Shown here one piece after another: positions 29,042 through 47,041 of a stretch of DNA of 64,000 bases. The DNA lies in the NCBI GenBank assembly GCA_964016885.1, contig OZ024740.1:376340001-376404000 (forward strand). Direction: 5' to 3'. The stretch comes from Eledone cirrhosa (taxonomy: Eukaryota). Position 1 is the stretch's first letter, and every line of letters begins with the position of its first letter. The notes beneath the pieces were generated by a model that searched no databases, had not been told where the DNA came from, and saw nothing but the letters and a program-made list of their open reading frames with translations. The translations under genes and the position numbers were made by a program.

Positions 29042-29614
29042 TATTTATTATTATAATATAACTTATGTGTATGTGTGTATATGTGAGGGTGTGTATATGT
29101 ATATATATGTGTATATATATGTGTAAAAATATATATGTGTATGTGTGTTTTTTGTGTGTGTGTATATATATGTATGTATATATGTGTGTATGTGTGTGTT
29201 TGTATGTGTGTTTATGGTTGTATGTGTGTGTGGGTGTATATATATAAATGTATGTGTGTATATATATATATATATATGTGTATATGTATCTCTATTAATG
29301 TGTGTATATATGTATATGTATATACCTTTTTCTTTGTATGTCTGAGTTGTGTGAGAGTGTAGTGGTGTTTGTATGTATATACGCATATATGGATGCGTAT
29401 GTATTTGTATATATGAGTATATGTAAGTGCGTATGTATGTATGAATATATATCTTTGTCTATGTGTGAGTATATATGTGTGTGTATGTATGTTGTGTGTG
29501 TATGTATGTATGTGTCTATGTGTGTATATATATATATATATATGTGTGTATATGTATGTATGTATGTGTATGTATGTACATGTATGTCTATGTATATGTG
29601 TATGTATATATATT

Positions 29615-29670
<56 letters not shown>

Positions 29671-29861
29671 TATTTTATATATATGTGTGTGTGTGTATGT
29701 GTGTGTGTGTGTATATATATCTTTATATATGTGTATGTGTATGTTCGTGTAGGTGTATGTGTGTGTATGACTATATATGTATGTGTGTATGTGTGTATGT
29801 ATGTATATGTATGTGTGTGTACATGTATGTATGTGTATGTATATGTATGTGTGTATATGTG

Positions 29862-29900
<39 letters not shown>

Positions 29901-30198
29901 ATATATATATATATATGTATATGTATCTCTATTTGTATATGTATATGTGTATAGGTATATACCTTTTTCTTTGTATGTCTGAGTTGTGTGAGAGTGTAGT
30001 GGTGTTTGTATGTATATACCGATATATGGATGCGTAAGTATTTGTGTGTATGTATGTATGTATGTCTGTATGTATTTGTGTGTATATATAGGTATGTATG
30101 TGTATATCTGTATGTATATAAGTATGTATGTGTATGTATATGTGCGTGTACGTGTATATATATGTGTGTCTATATATGTATGTGTGATTATATGTGTA

Positions 30199-30239
<41 letters not shown>

Positions 30240-30331
30240 GTATGTGTGTATATGTGTGTATGTGTGTATATGTATATGTTTATATATGTGTGTGTATGTA
30301 TGTTCTAAGTGTAGATGTATGTATATGTATA

Positions 30332-30382
<51 letters not shown>

Positions 30383-31037
30383 ATATATATGTGTATATAT
30401 ATATATTTTTTCTTGATATATTTCTTTTTTCTCTTTTTTCTTTTTCTTTTCTTTCCTTTTTAATTTTTATTTTTTATTTCTTAGTTTATAGATACATCTA
30501 TAAATAAGCAGTCTGACCAAACCGTTGAATACTGACCTCTCCCCCCATCCCACCTAATTTCTGTATCTTGATCTAGATGTGTGTGGCAGTGTTTATGTGA
30601 GTGAATTAATATCCATGTGCTTATGATAATATTATATCCACATATATATATATGTGTGTGGGGGTATGTGTGTGTGTGTATGTTCGTAATTATGTGTATG
30701 TTTATGCATATACGCGCGCGTGTGTGTGATTGTACGGATATGTGTGAGTATGAGAATATGTGTATACACTTATTTCATATTTATGTGTCTATACGCATCT
30801 TATCTGTGCATTATAAACTTACAGAGACATTAACCTTGAAATTTTGTATTTGCATGCATCTTTTTGGCAAGCGTATGCATGTTGAGCATACATTTTTGTA
30901 TAAATATGAGTACAGGGTAGTTACATGTATATACACACACCGAACTGCATAAAACCTTTTGTATTTTCATTGGTCAATTTTGTTCCCAAACGGACCTGAA
31001 ATTTTGAATTGTTGTTATTATCAATACATATATTTCT

Positions 31038-31183
31038 TTATTTCTGAAGACGGCGTATATATGTGTTGGTATGTATATTTAATCTTGATAGTTTGTATAA
31101 TTTTGTATAATTTTATACATAGATCTGTTGAATATGCATGCCAATTCTAACACATATATATCCTAGAAACGATCGTTAAATAA
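31038..31183 (+). ncRNA. Hammerhead-like motif with ~115-nt stem II domain
   Basis: ttattt CTGAAGA cggc-gtatatatgtgttgg...ctaacacatatatat-ccta GAAA cgatcg TT aaataa. Confidence 0.65.
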
Positions 31184-31241
31184 TGAACTTTTTTTGTTTA
31201 ATATAAGGAACTGTTTCATTGTTTTATTCATTATTTGTTTA

Positions 31242-34500
<3,259 letters not shown>

Positions 34501-34544
34501 ATATATATATATATATCCATATATATCCATATATATCCATATAT

Positions 34545-34718
34545 AAAGAAAAAGAGATGAAATCGAAAAGGCAACAGGAGTCTTATTTTTAAAAAAAAAT
34601 AGATATTTTTTTTTAAAATAAGACTCCTGTTGCATTTTCGATTTCATCTCTTTTTCTTTATACTTTCACTCGTGTAGGACACCTCGGTTATTTTTCATTT
34701 TGTAAAAAAAAACCTCAC

Positions 34719-34724
<6 letters not shown>
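34545..34724. mobile_element. Short fold-back derivative of the 10169-12475 family
   Basis: AAAGAAAAAGAGATGAAATCGAAAA.GCAAC and its inverse, plus the same ~60-nt tail as 10169-10229. Confidence 0.85.
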
Positions 34725-34764
<40 letters not shown>

Positions 34765-34786
34765 ATAAATATATATATATATAAAT

Positions 34787-34872
<86 letters not shown>

Positions 34873-34877
<5 letters not shown>

Positions 34878-35230
34878 GAGTTTATGTTGGTTGTATACCA
34901 ACATCTCAGTATGCAGGCTGGAGCACTCGACGAAGTGCGCAGGTTGGTTGGTTACTCCGGAGTAGTGTAAAATAAAGTTAAATAAATGTCAAATGATTAA
35001 AATTTAGCTTCGTTTATTACTGCTATATATATTTCAGTGACAGCCATCTTTGGCTGTGACCTCTTCAGGCAGTTTGAATTAGTATGGTATAGACAAGTAC
35101 ATATGTTGTTTAGGTGTATGATATTGTCAATACTCTGATATGCCCAGTTTCTTGTTGTGTTGTTAATTCACTGGGGAACTGGAGTCATATGAAGATAAAT
35201 TGTAACCATTTGACTTTTATTTAACTTTAT
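34873..35230 (-). mobile_element. PLE 3' end with intact HHR
   Basis: Same family as 1132-1326. Confidence 0.8.
35019..35073 (-). ncRNA. Type I hammerhead ribozyme
   Basis: actgc CTGAAGA ggtcacagcca-aaga-tggctgtcact GAAA tatata TA gcagt; perfect stem I. Confidence 0.85.
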
Positions 35231-35298
<68 letters not shown>

Positions 35299-35301
35299 AA
35301 T

Positions 35302-35332
<31 letters not shown>

Positions 35333-35333
35333 A

Positions 35334-35386
<53 letters not shown>

Positions 35387-35401
35387 TATATATATATAAA
35401 T

Positions 35402-35434
<33 letters not shown>

Positions 35435-35442
35435 AATATATA

Positions 35443-36267
<825 letters not shown>

Positions 36268-36269
<2 letters not shown>

Positions 36270-36694
36270 AACTAAACGCCTGAGCAAACTATTTGCATAT
36301 CGAGTGGGTTAATCGGCCGGGTGCACCGAAAACGATAAAATGAAAAAATGAAACGAAATTTCATTTCCCACTCTTAGGCTGCTCAGCAGTTAATATGCAT
36401 AAGGAAAGTATATACTTTCACATATTCAATCATCTGGCAGGAAGGTATACGTTGCTGACGATAGCTAATAAGCTTGAAACTAATACAGCGTTCCTTTGTC
36501 AGTGTTGAACAAACGAGCAACGATGTTTGCTAGACACTACGGCTTAATACGGGATGTTTGTTTACAAACACACCGAGCATTATAATAAATGTTCGGTGAA
36601 TCCATACGTACATATATATATGTGTGTGCATGTATGTTTTTATATATACATACTACTGTACGTCTGTATATATATATGTATGTACGTATACATA

Positions 36695-36700
<6 letters not shown>
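36268..36700. repeat. Unclassified repeat (copy of 662-1100)
   Basis: See 662-1100. Confidence 0.7.
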
Positions 36701-36755
<55 letters not shown>

Positions 36756-37049
36756 GTGTATATAAATATAAATATATATGCGTGTATATGTACATATACA
36801 TATTCATATATATATATGTTTGTATATGTGTGTGCTTTTATGTGTGTGTGTGTGTGCTTGTGTGTGCATTACCAACTTTTTTTCTTATATTAAGCCCCCG
36901 CAAAATTGATTTCGACTATGAGAGCTATGGGTGTCATGTAAACTTGCGTTCTTTTGTTCGTCGCTGATTTATTTGGTTTCTTACCAACCATATCAGACAC
37001 TTTCGATAATAGCTGATAGGCACTGAATATAGTATTATATCTTAGTCTG

Positions 37050-37290
37050 GAAACAGCAGATGATTTTGACTTCAGGAAAAAATCGGTGACAGATTTTACG
37101 GACAAAACCAACCGGTAAGAGACCCAGGTGTAGACCCTGAGCAAGATAGTTAGACAACATCCATGAACATGGCTGGTCTCACTTGGGGATACAGCCGAAT
37201 CAGATGAAGGTGGTTGCTACTGACAGGACCCGCTAGGGGGAGTGTTTGCCTTACTTGTTGGAGTTCTTTGTTCTAAACCCAAATCCGAAA
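37050..37290 (+). mobile_element. RTE-type LINE 3' remnant
   Basis: KPTGKRPRCRP*AR*LDNIHEHGWSHLGIQP..VVATDR resembles the RTE C-terminal G.RPRGRP..RW.D motif; similar to 58720-58890. Confidence 0.6.
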
Positions 37291-37383
37291 GCCAAATTTG
37301 CATTTGTATATATACGAGTCGATAAAGTAAGGATCAATAGCAGAAGTTCATTCCCCTTCACTTCTCTCTATCCCACTCCCACC

Positions 37384-37475
37384 CTCTCTCTCTCCCTATC
37401 TCTTTCACTCTGTCGTTCTCTTTCTCGCTCTCTCTCTTTCTCTCTCTCTCTCGCTCTGTCATAGTCTCTCTCTCG

Positions 37476-37573
<98 letters not shown>

Positions 37574-37583
37574 CTCTCTCTCT
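37384..37583. repeat. (CT)n microsatellite
   Basis: Directly visible. Confidence 0.95.
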
Positions 37584-38447
37584 CCTACTTGGAATCGGCT
37601 ATGAGGATTAAGCCGGAAAGAGCCTTCACATCATGCAACCATCAATCATTTAGATAAAACTGTGAAAAGGAGCAGTTAAATTTATGAAATAATTTATCGT
37701 TTGTTTGCATTCTAGATGTTATCACAATACAAATATGAGTTCTTCATACACGTATTTGCTACTAGGTGACAATAGATAATATGTGGTTAGTGGTCGGGAT
37801 TTTAATCTACGAGGGGCTGGAATATTTCACAAATTATTGTTTCCTGTCACAAGGATTTCCCCAAAAGCCTCAGCTATATATGGCGTTGTTGAAACATTCA
37901 TTTCATGGTGTTGTATATTAGAGTTATTCTCGGTTTAATAATGAATCAATACATAGACACAGCAGGTCTTTCTGGGCCTAATCTCTATATCATTTCCATT
38001 AAATATATGCTTCCACAAGAAGTTATACATAAAATATAACCTTCAAAATGTCCAGAAAAATGCAAACTATAGTTAGTGTACATCATGTAAATATGAGACG
38101 GAAATTATTTTTTATTCGATTGCCTGCCATATTACATTGCGATTATCTACTGAAACAAAATAACAAAACATTCGCCAGGTATATATAAGGCGATCAAATT
38201 TGAAACATAAAGGTTGTCTTCTTTTCACAGTAGTTATCATCTGTGTTCTTATACGTCTAGGTATTAAAAATAACATCTTTCTTATTTTAGTGAAATTATA
38301 TTTATATACGATTAATGTTGATAGAAACGTTTCGTAAGGACATAACGAACAATTTAATGTTCGAGTAAGAGTTTGCATATATGAATGTATGTATGTATGT
38401 ATGTATGTATGTATGTATGTATGTATAAATAAATATATATATATAAA

Positions 38448-38559
<112 letters not shown>

Positions 38560-38913
38560 CATATATATATAATATACATATACACATATATATATGTATA
38601 TATATATATATGTATATATATATATAAATATATATACATATATATATATATATACATATATATATATGTGTGTGTATATATATGTATATACATATATATA
38701 TGTGTGTGTATATATATGTATATATATATATGTGTGTGTATATATATGTATATACATATATATGTGTATATATATATGTATATACATATATATGTGTATA
38801 TATATATATGTATAAGTGTATATATATAAATATATATATATACATATATATATATATACATGTATATATATATAAATGTATATATATATAATTGTATGTA
38901 TATATATATATAT

Positions 38914-39042
<129 letters not shown>

Positions 39043-39071
39043 CATATATATATATACATATATATATATAC

Positions 39072-39166
<95 letters not shown>

Positions 39167-39167
39167 C

Positions 39168-39244
<77 letters not shown>

Positions 39245-39701
39245 TGTGTGTGTGTGTATTTACGTATGCAAGTATGTAAGTACATTAGCTAGGGATTGTT
39301 GGGGTGATGACAAATACACGCATGAACAAAAATATGAATCAGTCTCTTACAATTACAATAACCAGAGACGTAATAAGTAGATATTTCAGTTGTGAATTAC
39401 ACATTACAGTTCGATAACCACTGACTATATTAAAAAGTTCACGAAACATGATCTTTCCACCAAACAGTTAATGGCATAAATAAGGTATTTAATTACGTAT
39501 ATGAAATAGATGCGTCTATCATTGATTGGGATGAAAGGTTAAAAATTGCAATAAAAAGCTTATGTTTCGATATTTAATGTAATAATTGGTTTATTTTGAA
39601 AGTAACAATTTTCACCTAAGGATTACAATTAGACATATGTTTAACCAAACAAATATACAAACACATTCACTCCATATATATATATATATATGTGTATGTC
39701 T

Positions 39702-39751
<50 letters not shown>

Positions 39752-39943
39752 GTGTGTGTGTATACGTGAGAGTGTATTATTTTGTGTCTGGGTGTAGTTT
39801 CAGCTGGAATTAGTCCATTTTTTTTCTTGGAGAGTAATACACTACTTGTGATGTCTGGTCTAAATTCACGCACAGTAGCACCTCTACAATACAATGACAC
39901 ACGTGCCTATGTATATATATATATATATATATATATACATACA

Positions 39944-41573
39944 TACCTAACGTGGTTCAACTCTCCCCACAATGCTGAAGTGGCAACACCTATCGGGAAA
40001 ATCTTCTTTAGGCTCCTCTAAAAACACTTCCAACCACAACACCGCTACCACAACATAATCAACAAAAATTCTATCAAACTCTACTACAGCACCACGCCCA
40101 ACTTCACACAAAACATCGCGTCCTCAAACAACAAGAATTTCAACCCCTATGGAAGAAACAACCTAGACATTAGTGGAGAGCCGACCTGGAGGTGTAACTG
40201 CCCTGATAGATCTACGTGCCCCCTTAACAACAGATACCGAGAACGTAACGTAATCTACCAATGCAACGTGAGGACGGAAACCTCCAACAAAGCCTATATA
40301 GGATTAACCACTTGTGAGTTTAAGAGCCGGCTCTACCAACACCGACATACGTCCGAAACCCGACCCGGCGTCATACCATTCCACTTTCGCGCCACATCTG
40401 GGACCTCCAAGATAATAACATAACATACAATCTTACTTGGAGTTTACTGTCCAGGGCTAACTCCTACACAGGAGGACGCTGTCCGTGTAACTTATGCTTG
40501 GAGGAAACATTACAAATGCTGTCTACGAAGGATCAACTCCGAAACAAAAAAGATGAACTTGTAACTGCATGCAAACACCCATTGCGTAGGACTTACCTCG
40601 CCATCAAACCCTCTCATTGTCCGGGTGGGTAGACAATGGCTGCAACATTATCCTTTTCCCCACTTGCCGAACAAGAAAGGTGAAACCCCAGCTAACTTAG
40701 GTAGATGTATTTCTTTTCTTTTCTTCTTCCTTTATCTCTTCCTTCCACCCCCTATCCTCTTCCTTTTCCTTTTCCTCCTTTCGCCTAACCCGAGGCAGCC
40801 CATCGGTCTTTTGTAGCCTCAGTACCCCCACCCCAGGAAATTATATATAGCATTGGCCGAAAACGCAATACAAACTAAATATAGCAGCTGTTTTAGACTC
40901 AAGAGATGTTTTCAATGAATTATTTTATTAATTTTTACTATCCAATTTTATTATTTTTTTTATTTATTTAGTATCTTCTAATCTCAATTTATTAACATAT
41001 TTTATAGCATTGGCCGAAAACGCAAATACCAACTAAATATAGCGGCTGTTTAAGACTGTTGAGATTTTTTTAGTACTTTTTACTATCGAATTTTATAATT
41101 TTATATATTTTTTATTTATTTATTATCTTCTAATCTCATTTTATTTACCTATTCTATAACGTCCGCTCTCTATTTTCTCCAGAATCCTTTTTTGCCTGTT
41201 TCCTATCTAGCCTTTGTCATACACACTCCTTAGAATTTGCTGTATATTATTCATTTTCAACGCATGACCGGCTCCACCCACTCCCTCATTGTTCTACAGG
41301 CAAGTTCAAATCCCGATGCCATGAAACATTTAATGGTGTTTACAATAAATTTTAACGCATCCTTTTGACAACTACAATATACCCATATAAGGAAATACTC
41401 CTAAAGAGTTTGGGTATTTATTTACAACTCTAAAAATTCTAATTTAGTCGAAACGGCTTGAGCTCTGCCGTCGGTTCGGGGTTAAACATTTTCTTATTAC
41501 CCACTTTACTACCCTAAGTATTGAGGACTCTGCTGCGTTATGGTCCATCTGCTCCCTTTCCACACCTCCTTCG

Positions 41574-41575
<2 letters not shown>
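39944..41575 (+). mobile_element. Decayed truncated PLE, family A relative
   Basis: TWFNSPHN..IGKIFF...HRYHNIINKN.IKL.YSTTPN...CNCPDRSTCPL...VIYQC..YIGLT. Degenerate HHR at ~41397-41483; tail to 41575. Confidence 0.85.
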
Positions 41576-41647
<72 letters not shown>

Positions 41648-41650
<3 letters not shown>

Positions 41651-41973
41651 TAAATTTAGTCCTTCATCAGTGATCTTCCACCTTCATTTGTATTTCATCC
41701 CTTTAAAGACCATATACCTCTGGTTGGTGCGAGCAACGGCTAAAGAAAGTCGTTGGGACACGTAAATAGGGGGAACGAGCGAGAGAGTAAACAATCAAAG
41801 ATGGTAATGCAACGAAAAGTGAGGAAGAAGGAGTCAAGTCCCTGAAATCGATGAACATAAGGTCTGTGAAATCGTGGACGAGAGAGAATAAAGACCATCA
41901 CACCTGGTCGAAATGTGAGCAAGGAAATAATTTCGCACAGGTCACACAGGAGGAAGAAGGAGTCAAGTCCCTG

Positions 41974-41975
<2 letters not shown>
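41648..41975. repeat. TA-inserted repeat related to 42469-43209
   Basis: Shared GTCCTTCATCAGTGAT..TCCA.CCTTCATT.GTATTTCATC...GTTGGTGCGAGCA. Confidence 0.65.
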
Positions 41976-42030
<55 letters not shown>

Positions 42031-42032
<2 letters not shown>

Positions 42033-42217
42033 AAAAGAGTCATGGCGCCGACGGCTAAGCTCCGGCCTTTTCGACAGCTAGTTCTCGCTGTCGAAACGGC
42101 CGGAGCTCATCCGTCAGGAGACTCTTTTGCTATTACCCACTCTACTACCTTAAGTATCGAGAGAGTACTCTGTTGCGTTATGGTCGACCTGGTTACTTCC
42201 CACACTTTCTTTGTTAC
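42031..42217. mobile_element. Diverged fold-back derivative of family A
   Basis: GGAAAAGAGTC...TTTCGACAGC / GCTGTCGAAA...GACTCTTTT, with the tail on the right arm. Confidence 0.75.
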
Positions 42218-42388
42218 ATATATATATATATATAGGGATTGTAGCGTCCACATCAATACAGATCTAACATTGAGCTGATCAATTGTGAAACGCGCGTCAC
42301 AATTCAATAACCGTAATGAAAACCATATAATTCGTCCTTTTTATAATTTTCACTATATATATAATATAAAATATAGATATATACACAC

Positions 42389-42468
<80 letters not shown>

Positions 42469-42475
<7 letters not shown>

Positions 42476-43205
42476 GAGAAGAATGAATACTGCGTGGTCG
42501 CACATGGGTTACATATGATAAAAATTGTCCTTCATCAGTGATTTTCCAACCTTCATTAGTATTTCATCGCTTTAAAAATCATATACCTCCAGTTGGTGCG
42601 AGCATTAGCTAAATAAAGCTACTGGGACAAGTAAATCGCGTAAAGCCAGCGAGACATGTAAACAAACATCAAAGGATAGCAACGCAAAGATAGGAAAAAA
42701 CAAGCACATGGGAGTCCGATCAGCTTAAGCTGTGTGGATTTCATGAGCGAGAGACAACAGACCGTGCGACGCGAGTGAGGTGTGAGCAAGAAAGGACCCC
42801 ACTTCAGGCCAAACGGGAGGAAGTGAGAATGGGAGAAGCAGAGAGTGAGTGAGTGTGAGTGCGAGGAAGAGGCCAGTCGAGAGAAAGTGTAACTGACAGA
42901 GGGGGCGAAAGAAGGTGAGAGAAACAGAGAGAAGGGGAAGACAGTAAGAGAAAATCAGACAAACGCATCTGGAGAAAATATATTTAAAAAACATGAGAAG
43001 AATGAATACTGCGTGGTTGCACATGGGTTACATATGATAAAAATAGTCCTTCATCACTGATTTTCCAACCTTCATTGGTATTTCATCGATTAAAAATCAT
43101 ATACCTCCAGTTGGTGCGAGCAATAGCTAAATAAAGCTATTGGGACAAGTAAATCGCGTAAAGCGAGCGAGACATGTAAACAAAGATCGAAGGATCGCAA
43201 CGCAA

Positions 43206-43209
<4 letters not shown>
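42469..43209 (-). mobile_element. Non-coding partial tandem (unit ~519 bp) with degenerate HHR-like core
   Basis: 42469-42690 is directly repeated at 42988-43209. The minus strand has gaaaatca CTGATGA agg. Confidence 0.6.
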
Positions 43210-43249
<40 letters not shown>

Positions 43250-43252
<3 letters not shown>

Positions 43253-43444
43253 AAATGAATTGTGATAAGTAACCAGATGGACCATAACGCACTAGAGTAC
43301 TCAATACTGAGGGTATTAGAGTGATAAATAGGAAAAAGTATGACCCCCGACGGCAGAGCTCAAGCCGTTTCTACGGCTATTTCTGGACTCCAGAAATAGC
43401 CGTCGAAACGGCTTGAGCTCTGCGGTCGGGGTCATACTTTTTCA
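43250..43444. mobile_element. Fold-back derivative of family A
   Basis: Arms meet at CTGGA-C-TCCAG; the left arm has the tail. Confidence 0.85.
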
Positions 43445-43463
43445 TATATATATATATATATAT

Positions 43464-44490
43464 AAAGAATTAGTATATCTATCAACATATATATACAGAT
43501 GCATACCTATGCTAGCAAATATATAGGTTTTGTCTTAGTAACTTTGTGATTTAATGCAAGGGGATGCAGAACAATTATATGAAAGACGTAAAATAAGAAA
43601 ATTATAAAAATTAACTTACTAAAATTTCACTCCAACTAATTAGTTTCTGAAAGGGAATAAACATGGTTTTCAAATGGAAAGCATGGAGAAGCCGTTTCGT
43701 CATCAGGAACTCTGTTCTCAGCTAAGTTACCAGGCGATGCGTGGACACAGGGAACTTATACAAAAATAATTCAGTGGATGGAAAAAAGAAAGCGTGGACT
43801 AAAATTCCAAGGCATTGAAAAAAAATCACTGCCTACTTGGTCGGTGGCAAATTCAAAAGAATCAATAACGTGACATCGAGGTTAATCAGTGAGAAGTGGG
43901 GTGTTAAAAAGTCAGTAGCCTTTAGTAAGTAAGTTAATTTTTTATAATTTTCTTATTTTACGTCTTTCATATAATTGTTCTGCACCCCCTTGCATTGAAC
44001 CACGAAGTTACTAAGACAAAACCTATATATTTGCTAGCATAGGTATACATCTGTATATATATGTTGGTAGATATAGTAATTCTTTATAATTATCTCCAAA
44101 TTATTTTGTTGAGGAAAAATTTGCCAAAACTGCTACTATAGTTCATAGTAATGGCTCGGCTACTGTATTTTTAACACCCCACTCCTCACTGATTAACCTC
44201 GATGTCACGTGATTGATTCTTTTGAATTTGCCACCGACCAAGTAGGCAGTGATTTTTTCAATGTTTTGGAATTTAGTCCACGCTTGCTTTTTTCCATCCA
44301 CTGAATTATTTTTGTATAAGTTTCCTGTGTCCACGTATCGCCTGGTAACTTAGCTAAGAACAGAGTTCCTGATGACGAAACGGCTTCTCCATGCTTTCCA
44401 TTTGGAAACCATGTTTAATCCCTTTCAGAAACTAATTAGTTGGAGTGAAATTTTAGTAAGTTAAGTTTTATAATTTTCTTATTTTACGTC

Positions 44491-44495
<5 letters not shown>
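43464..44495. mobile_element. Non-coding PLE derivative (family H): inverted arm plus ~530-bp partial tandem
   Basis: 43464-43920 is the inverse of 44158-44495 plus the tail (43970-44088). 43921-43970 is directly repeated at 44452-44499. Confidence 0.8.
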
Positions 44496-44555
<60 letters not shown>

Positions 44556-44618
44556 TATATATAGATATATACATATATATATATATACATATACATACAT
44601 ATACATACATATAATATG

Positions 44619-44649
<31 letters not shown>

Positions 44650-44685
44650 ATATATATATATATACATATATATACATATATATAC

Positions 44686-44734
<49 letters not shown>

Positions 44735-44739
44735 TATAC

Positions 44740-44786
<47 letters not shown>

Positions 44787-44829
44787 TATACATATATGTA
44801 TATATACATATATAGTTTTAATATAGAAG

Positions 44830-44880
44830 AGCTTCTACAGGACTAGAACTGTTTCATTCGTAAGAAATCTTCAGGAAGCT
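44830..44880 (-). ncRNA. Type I hammerhead ribozyme
   Basis: agcttc CTGAAGA tttc-ttac-gaat GAAA cag-ttctagtc-ctg TA gaagct; 6-bp stem I. Confidence 0.8.
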
Positions 44881-45020
44881 GGCTGTCCAAGTAAGTGGTG
44901 GTATTTATATATTTTCTTTTCTGGTGGTAGGAGAGGGTGGGGATTGGGGTGGAAGGGGGTCATTGTTTGAAGGATTTAAAGAAAAGGTGGTTCATGAAAA
45001 GCTAATTCCTTAAAGCTATA

Positions 45021-45203
45021 ATTGTTTCTACTTTAGGCACAAGGCCAGCAATTACCCAGTGCATTACTGGTCCTTTATTTTATCGACCCCGTAAGGATGA
45101 AAGGCAAAGTCAACCTCGGCGGGATTTGAACTCAGATCGTAAAGGGACGTAACTATGCTGGAAAGCATGGCGTCCGACTCTCTACCGATACTGCCAATCC
45201 ACC
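45021..45203 (-). mobile_element. tRNA-derived SINE
   Basis: The minus strand starts GGTGGATTGGCAGTATCGG (A-box-like) and has GAGTTCAAATCC (B-box) and the conserved core. Confidence 0.85.
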
Positions 45204-45357
45204 TAACAAGAAAGAATACTGTAAACAAATTCAAATTTGGAATACCAATCCTAGTTTATCACTTGGACTAGCAATGCCTGTAAGACAGATGTCGACAGGA
45301 TGGGTGGGGTTCAATGGTTTACCGAAAAGGGAAATTCTTTAGAAGCTAATTATAATA

Positions 45358-46105
45358 AATATATGTAGCAATTCATTGTCACAGGACAATTACTGCTAAA
45401 TCGAAATTTTAAACGTAAAATATATTCCTACTCGTGTTGAGTGTTTTAATTTAACCGATGATAATGGTTGCAATGATTGTATTCATGATAATCTAGATTT
45501 ACTATAACAATGGCGTTACGTTTATATGAGTTTACATCTCAGATCACGTAGTCATTGTGCAATAGACTTTTAATATAGAAGAGCTTTTACCTTGCCAGAA
45601 GCTATTATTATAACTTCAAGGTCTACTTGACGGAAATGTCTAATTGTGATTGAAATATAATTATTCCCTAATAAAGATAATACGGTGTATTTCGAAACGT
45701 TGATTATGGACAGGATTAGTATTTTGTAAGTGTTCCATATAAACATGGAAGCATTATCAGAATCTAAATGCAATGTTATATTGTTAATGTAGCATTTGGA
45801 ACATATACTACGAAAATGTAAACATTTATTATGTATGTTTTACAAAATAAAAAAGATTGCATTACTTCGATGTTTAAATATTTGATTTAAAAAAAAAATA
45901 TATATATATATATATATATTCCCATTAAAAATGTTCTATGAAATGTTCAAGAAATACTAGAGTAGTAGGCGACTACTTCTCTGATATTAGTGATTGAAAT
46001 ATCTCCGAATATTGTGTGTATGGTGTGATAATTAGGACTTAATTACTTAAAGAGGAATTTATATTTGAATAATCATCCATTATATTTTACAGTCATTCTT
46101 TGATG
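45358..46105. repeat. Diverged ~750-bp direct repeat, partner at 52843-53610
   Basis: ATATGTAGC.ATTCATTGTCACAGGACAATTACTGCTAAATCG ... GGTGTGATAATTAGGACTTAATTACTT are collinear in both copies. Confidence 0.85.
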
Positions 46106-46318
46106 AATGGTAACACATTGATCTGGCAAACCAAAGATGAGGTTGTGTGTCCCATGCACGTCAATACACAACCTTTTTTCCATTCAGAGGGTTCTTTTTT
46201 AATTCGCAACTAACAGACTGATTCTATGTAGTCAAATACAGCGTAAGCAGATGTTAATACCTAATATATATATTAGGTATTAACTAGTGTATTTTTAAAA
46301 GTAGTTAATGTTTATTGT

Positions 46319-46381
<63 letters not shown>

Positions 46382-46569
46382 ATAGAGGGTGTTAAAGTTT
46401 GCTTGAAGCATTGTGAAATGTGTACAATATGTAGTTTAGAAAGCCACAACAATGCAGATGGGAAATCTCGAGGTAGGAAGTGAGTGAGAAATAGGAGAAA
46501 AGTGAAAATTGAGAGAAACGAAAATGAAAACAAAACAAAGGTAGGAGGGTTACCGTAGTGGAGATTTAA

Positions 46570-46605
46570 TCCCAATATTTCGGGCTCACGCCCATCAACG
46601 GGGGA
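46570..46605 (-). ncRNA. Hammerhead-like motif with atypical CCGUUGA core (second copy 49839-49874)
   Basis: tccc CCGTTGA t gggc-gtga-gccc GAAA ta TT ggga, identical in both pLTRs. Confidence 0.55.
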
Positions 46606-47041
46606 AAGTTACAAAAGGGGGGGGAACAGGCTAAGCAGGAGAAAGTTGTATTGTCGTTAAAACATAGGAATGAAGTTATGGGGAAAATTCAAACGATGGA
46701 AAGAATGCGCGTGCGCGTGATAGGCTGTGGCAAAAGCTACTGACCAATTGGGTTAAATCAATAGGGTGCGCTAACGTGTGAAAGTTGTAAAATATGTCTG
46801 TGTAAATATATATGTGTGTGTAACTGTGTGTGTATATGTGTATGTGTGTATGTATGTGAGTGTGTGTGTGTGAAAGATAGTGGGCCGAAGAAGCTGGAAA
46901 TCAAAGGGTGTGAAAGGTGGTAGGTTGTATAAACATGTGTGCGTGTATAAATATAGATGTGTGTGTGTATGTGTATGGGTATACATATAAGTGCGTGTGT
47001 GTGAGAGATAGTAGGCCGTAGGGGCTGTTACTGGTCACTAT

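Larger units (their letters stand above)
44812..45350 (-). mobile_element. PLE family B 3' end with HHR, interrupted by a SINE
   Basis: Inverse homologue of ~1680-2056. Confidence 0.75.

Noticed and set aside
42235-42350. GAAACGCGCGTC half-ribozyme and CATTGAGC motif
   Set aside because: Probably a PLE end fragment, but the 5' core is missing and the bulged hairpin cannot be folded cleanly, so it was not counted.
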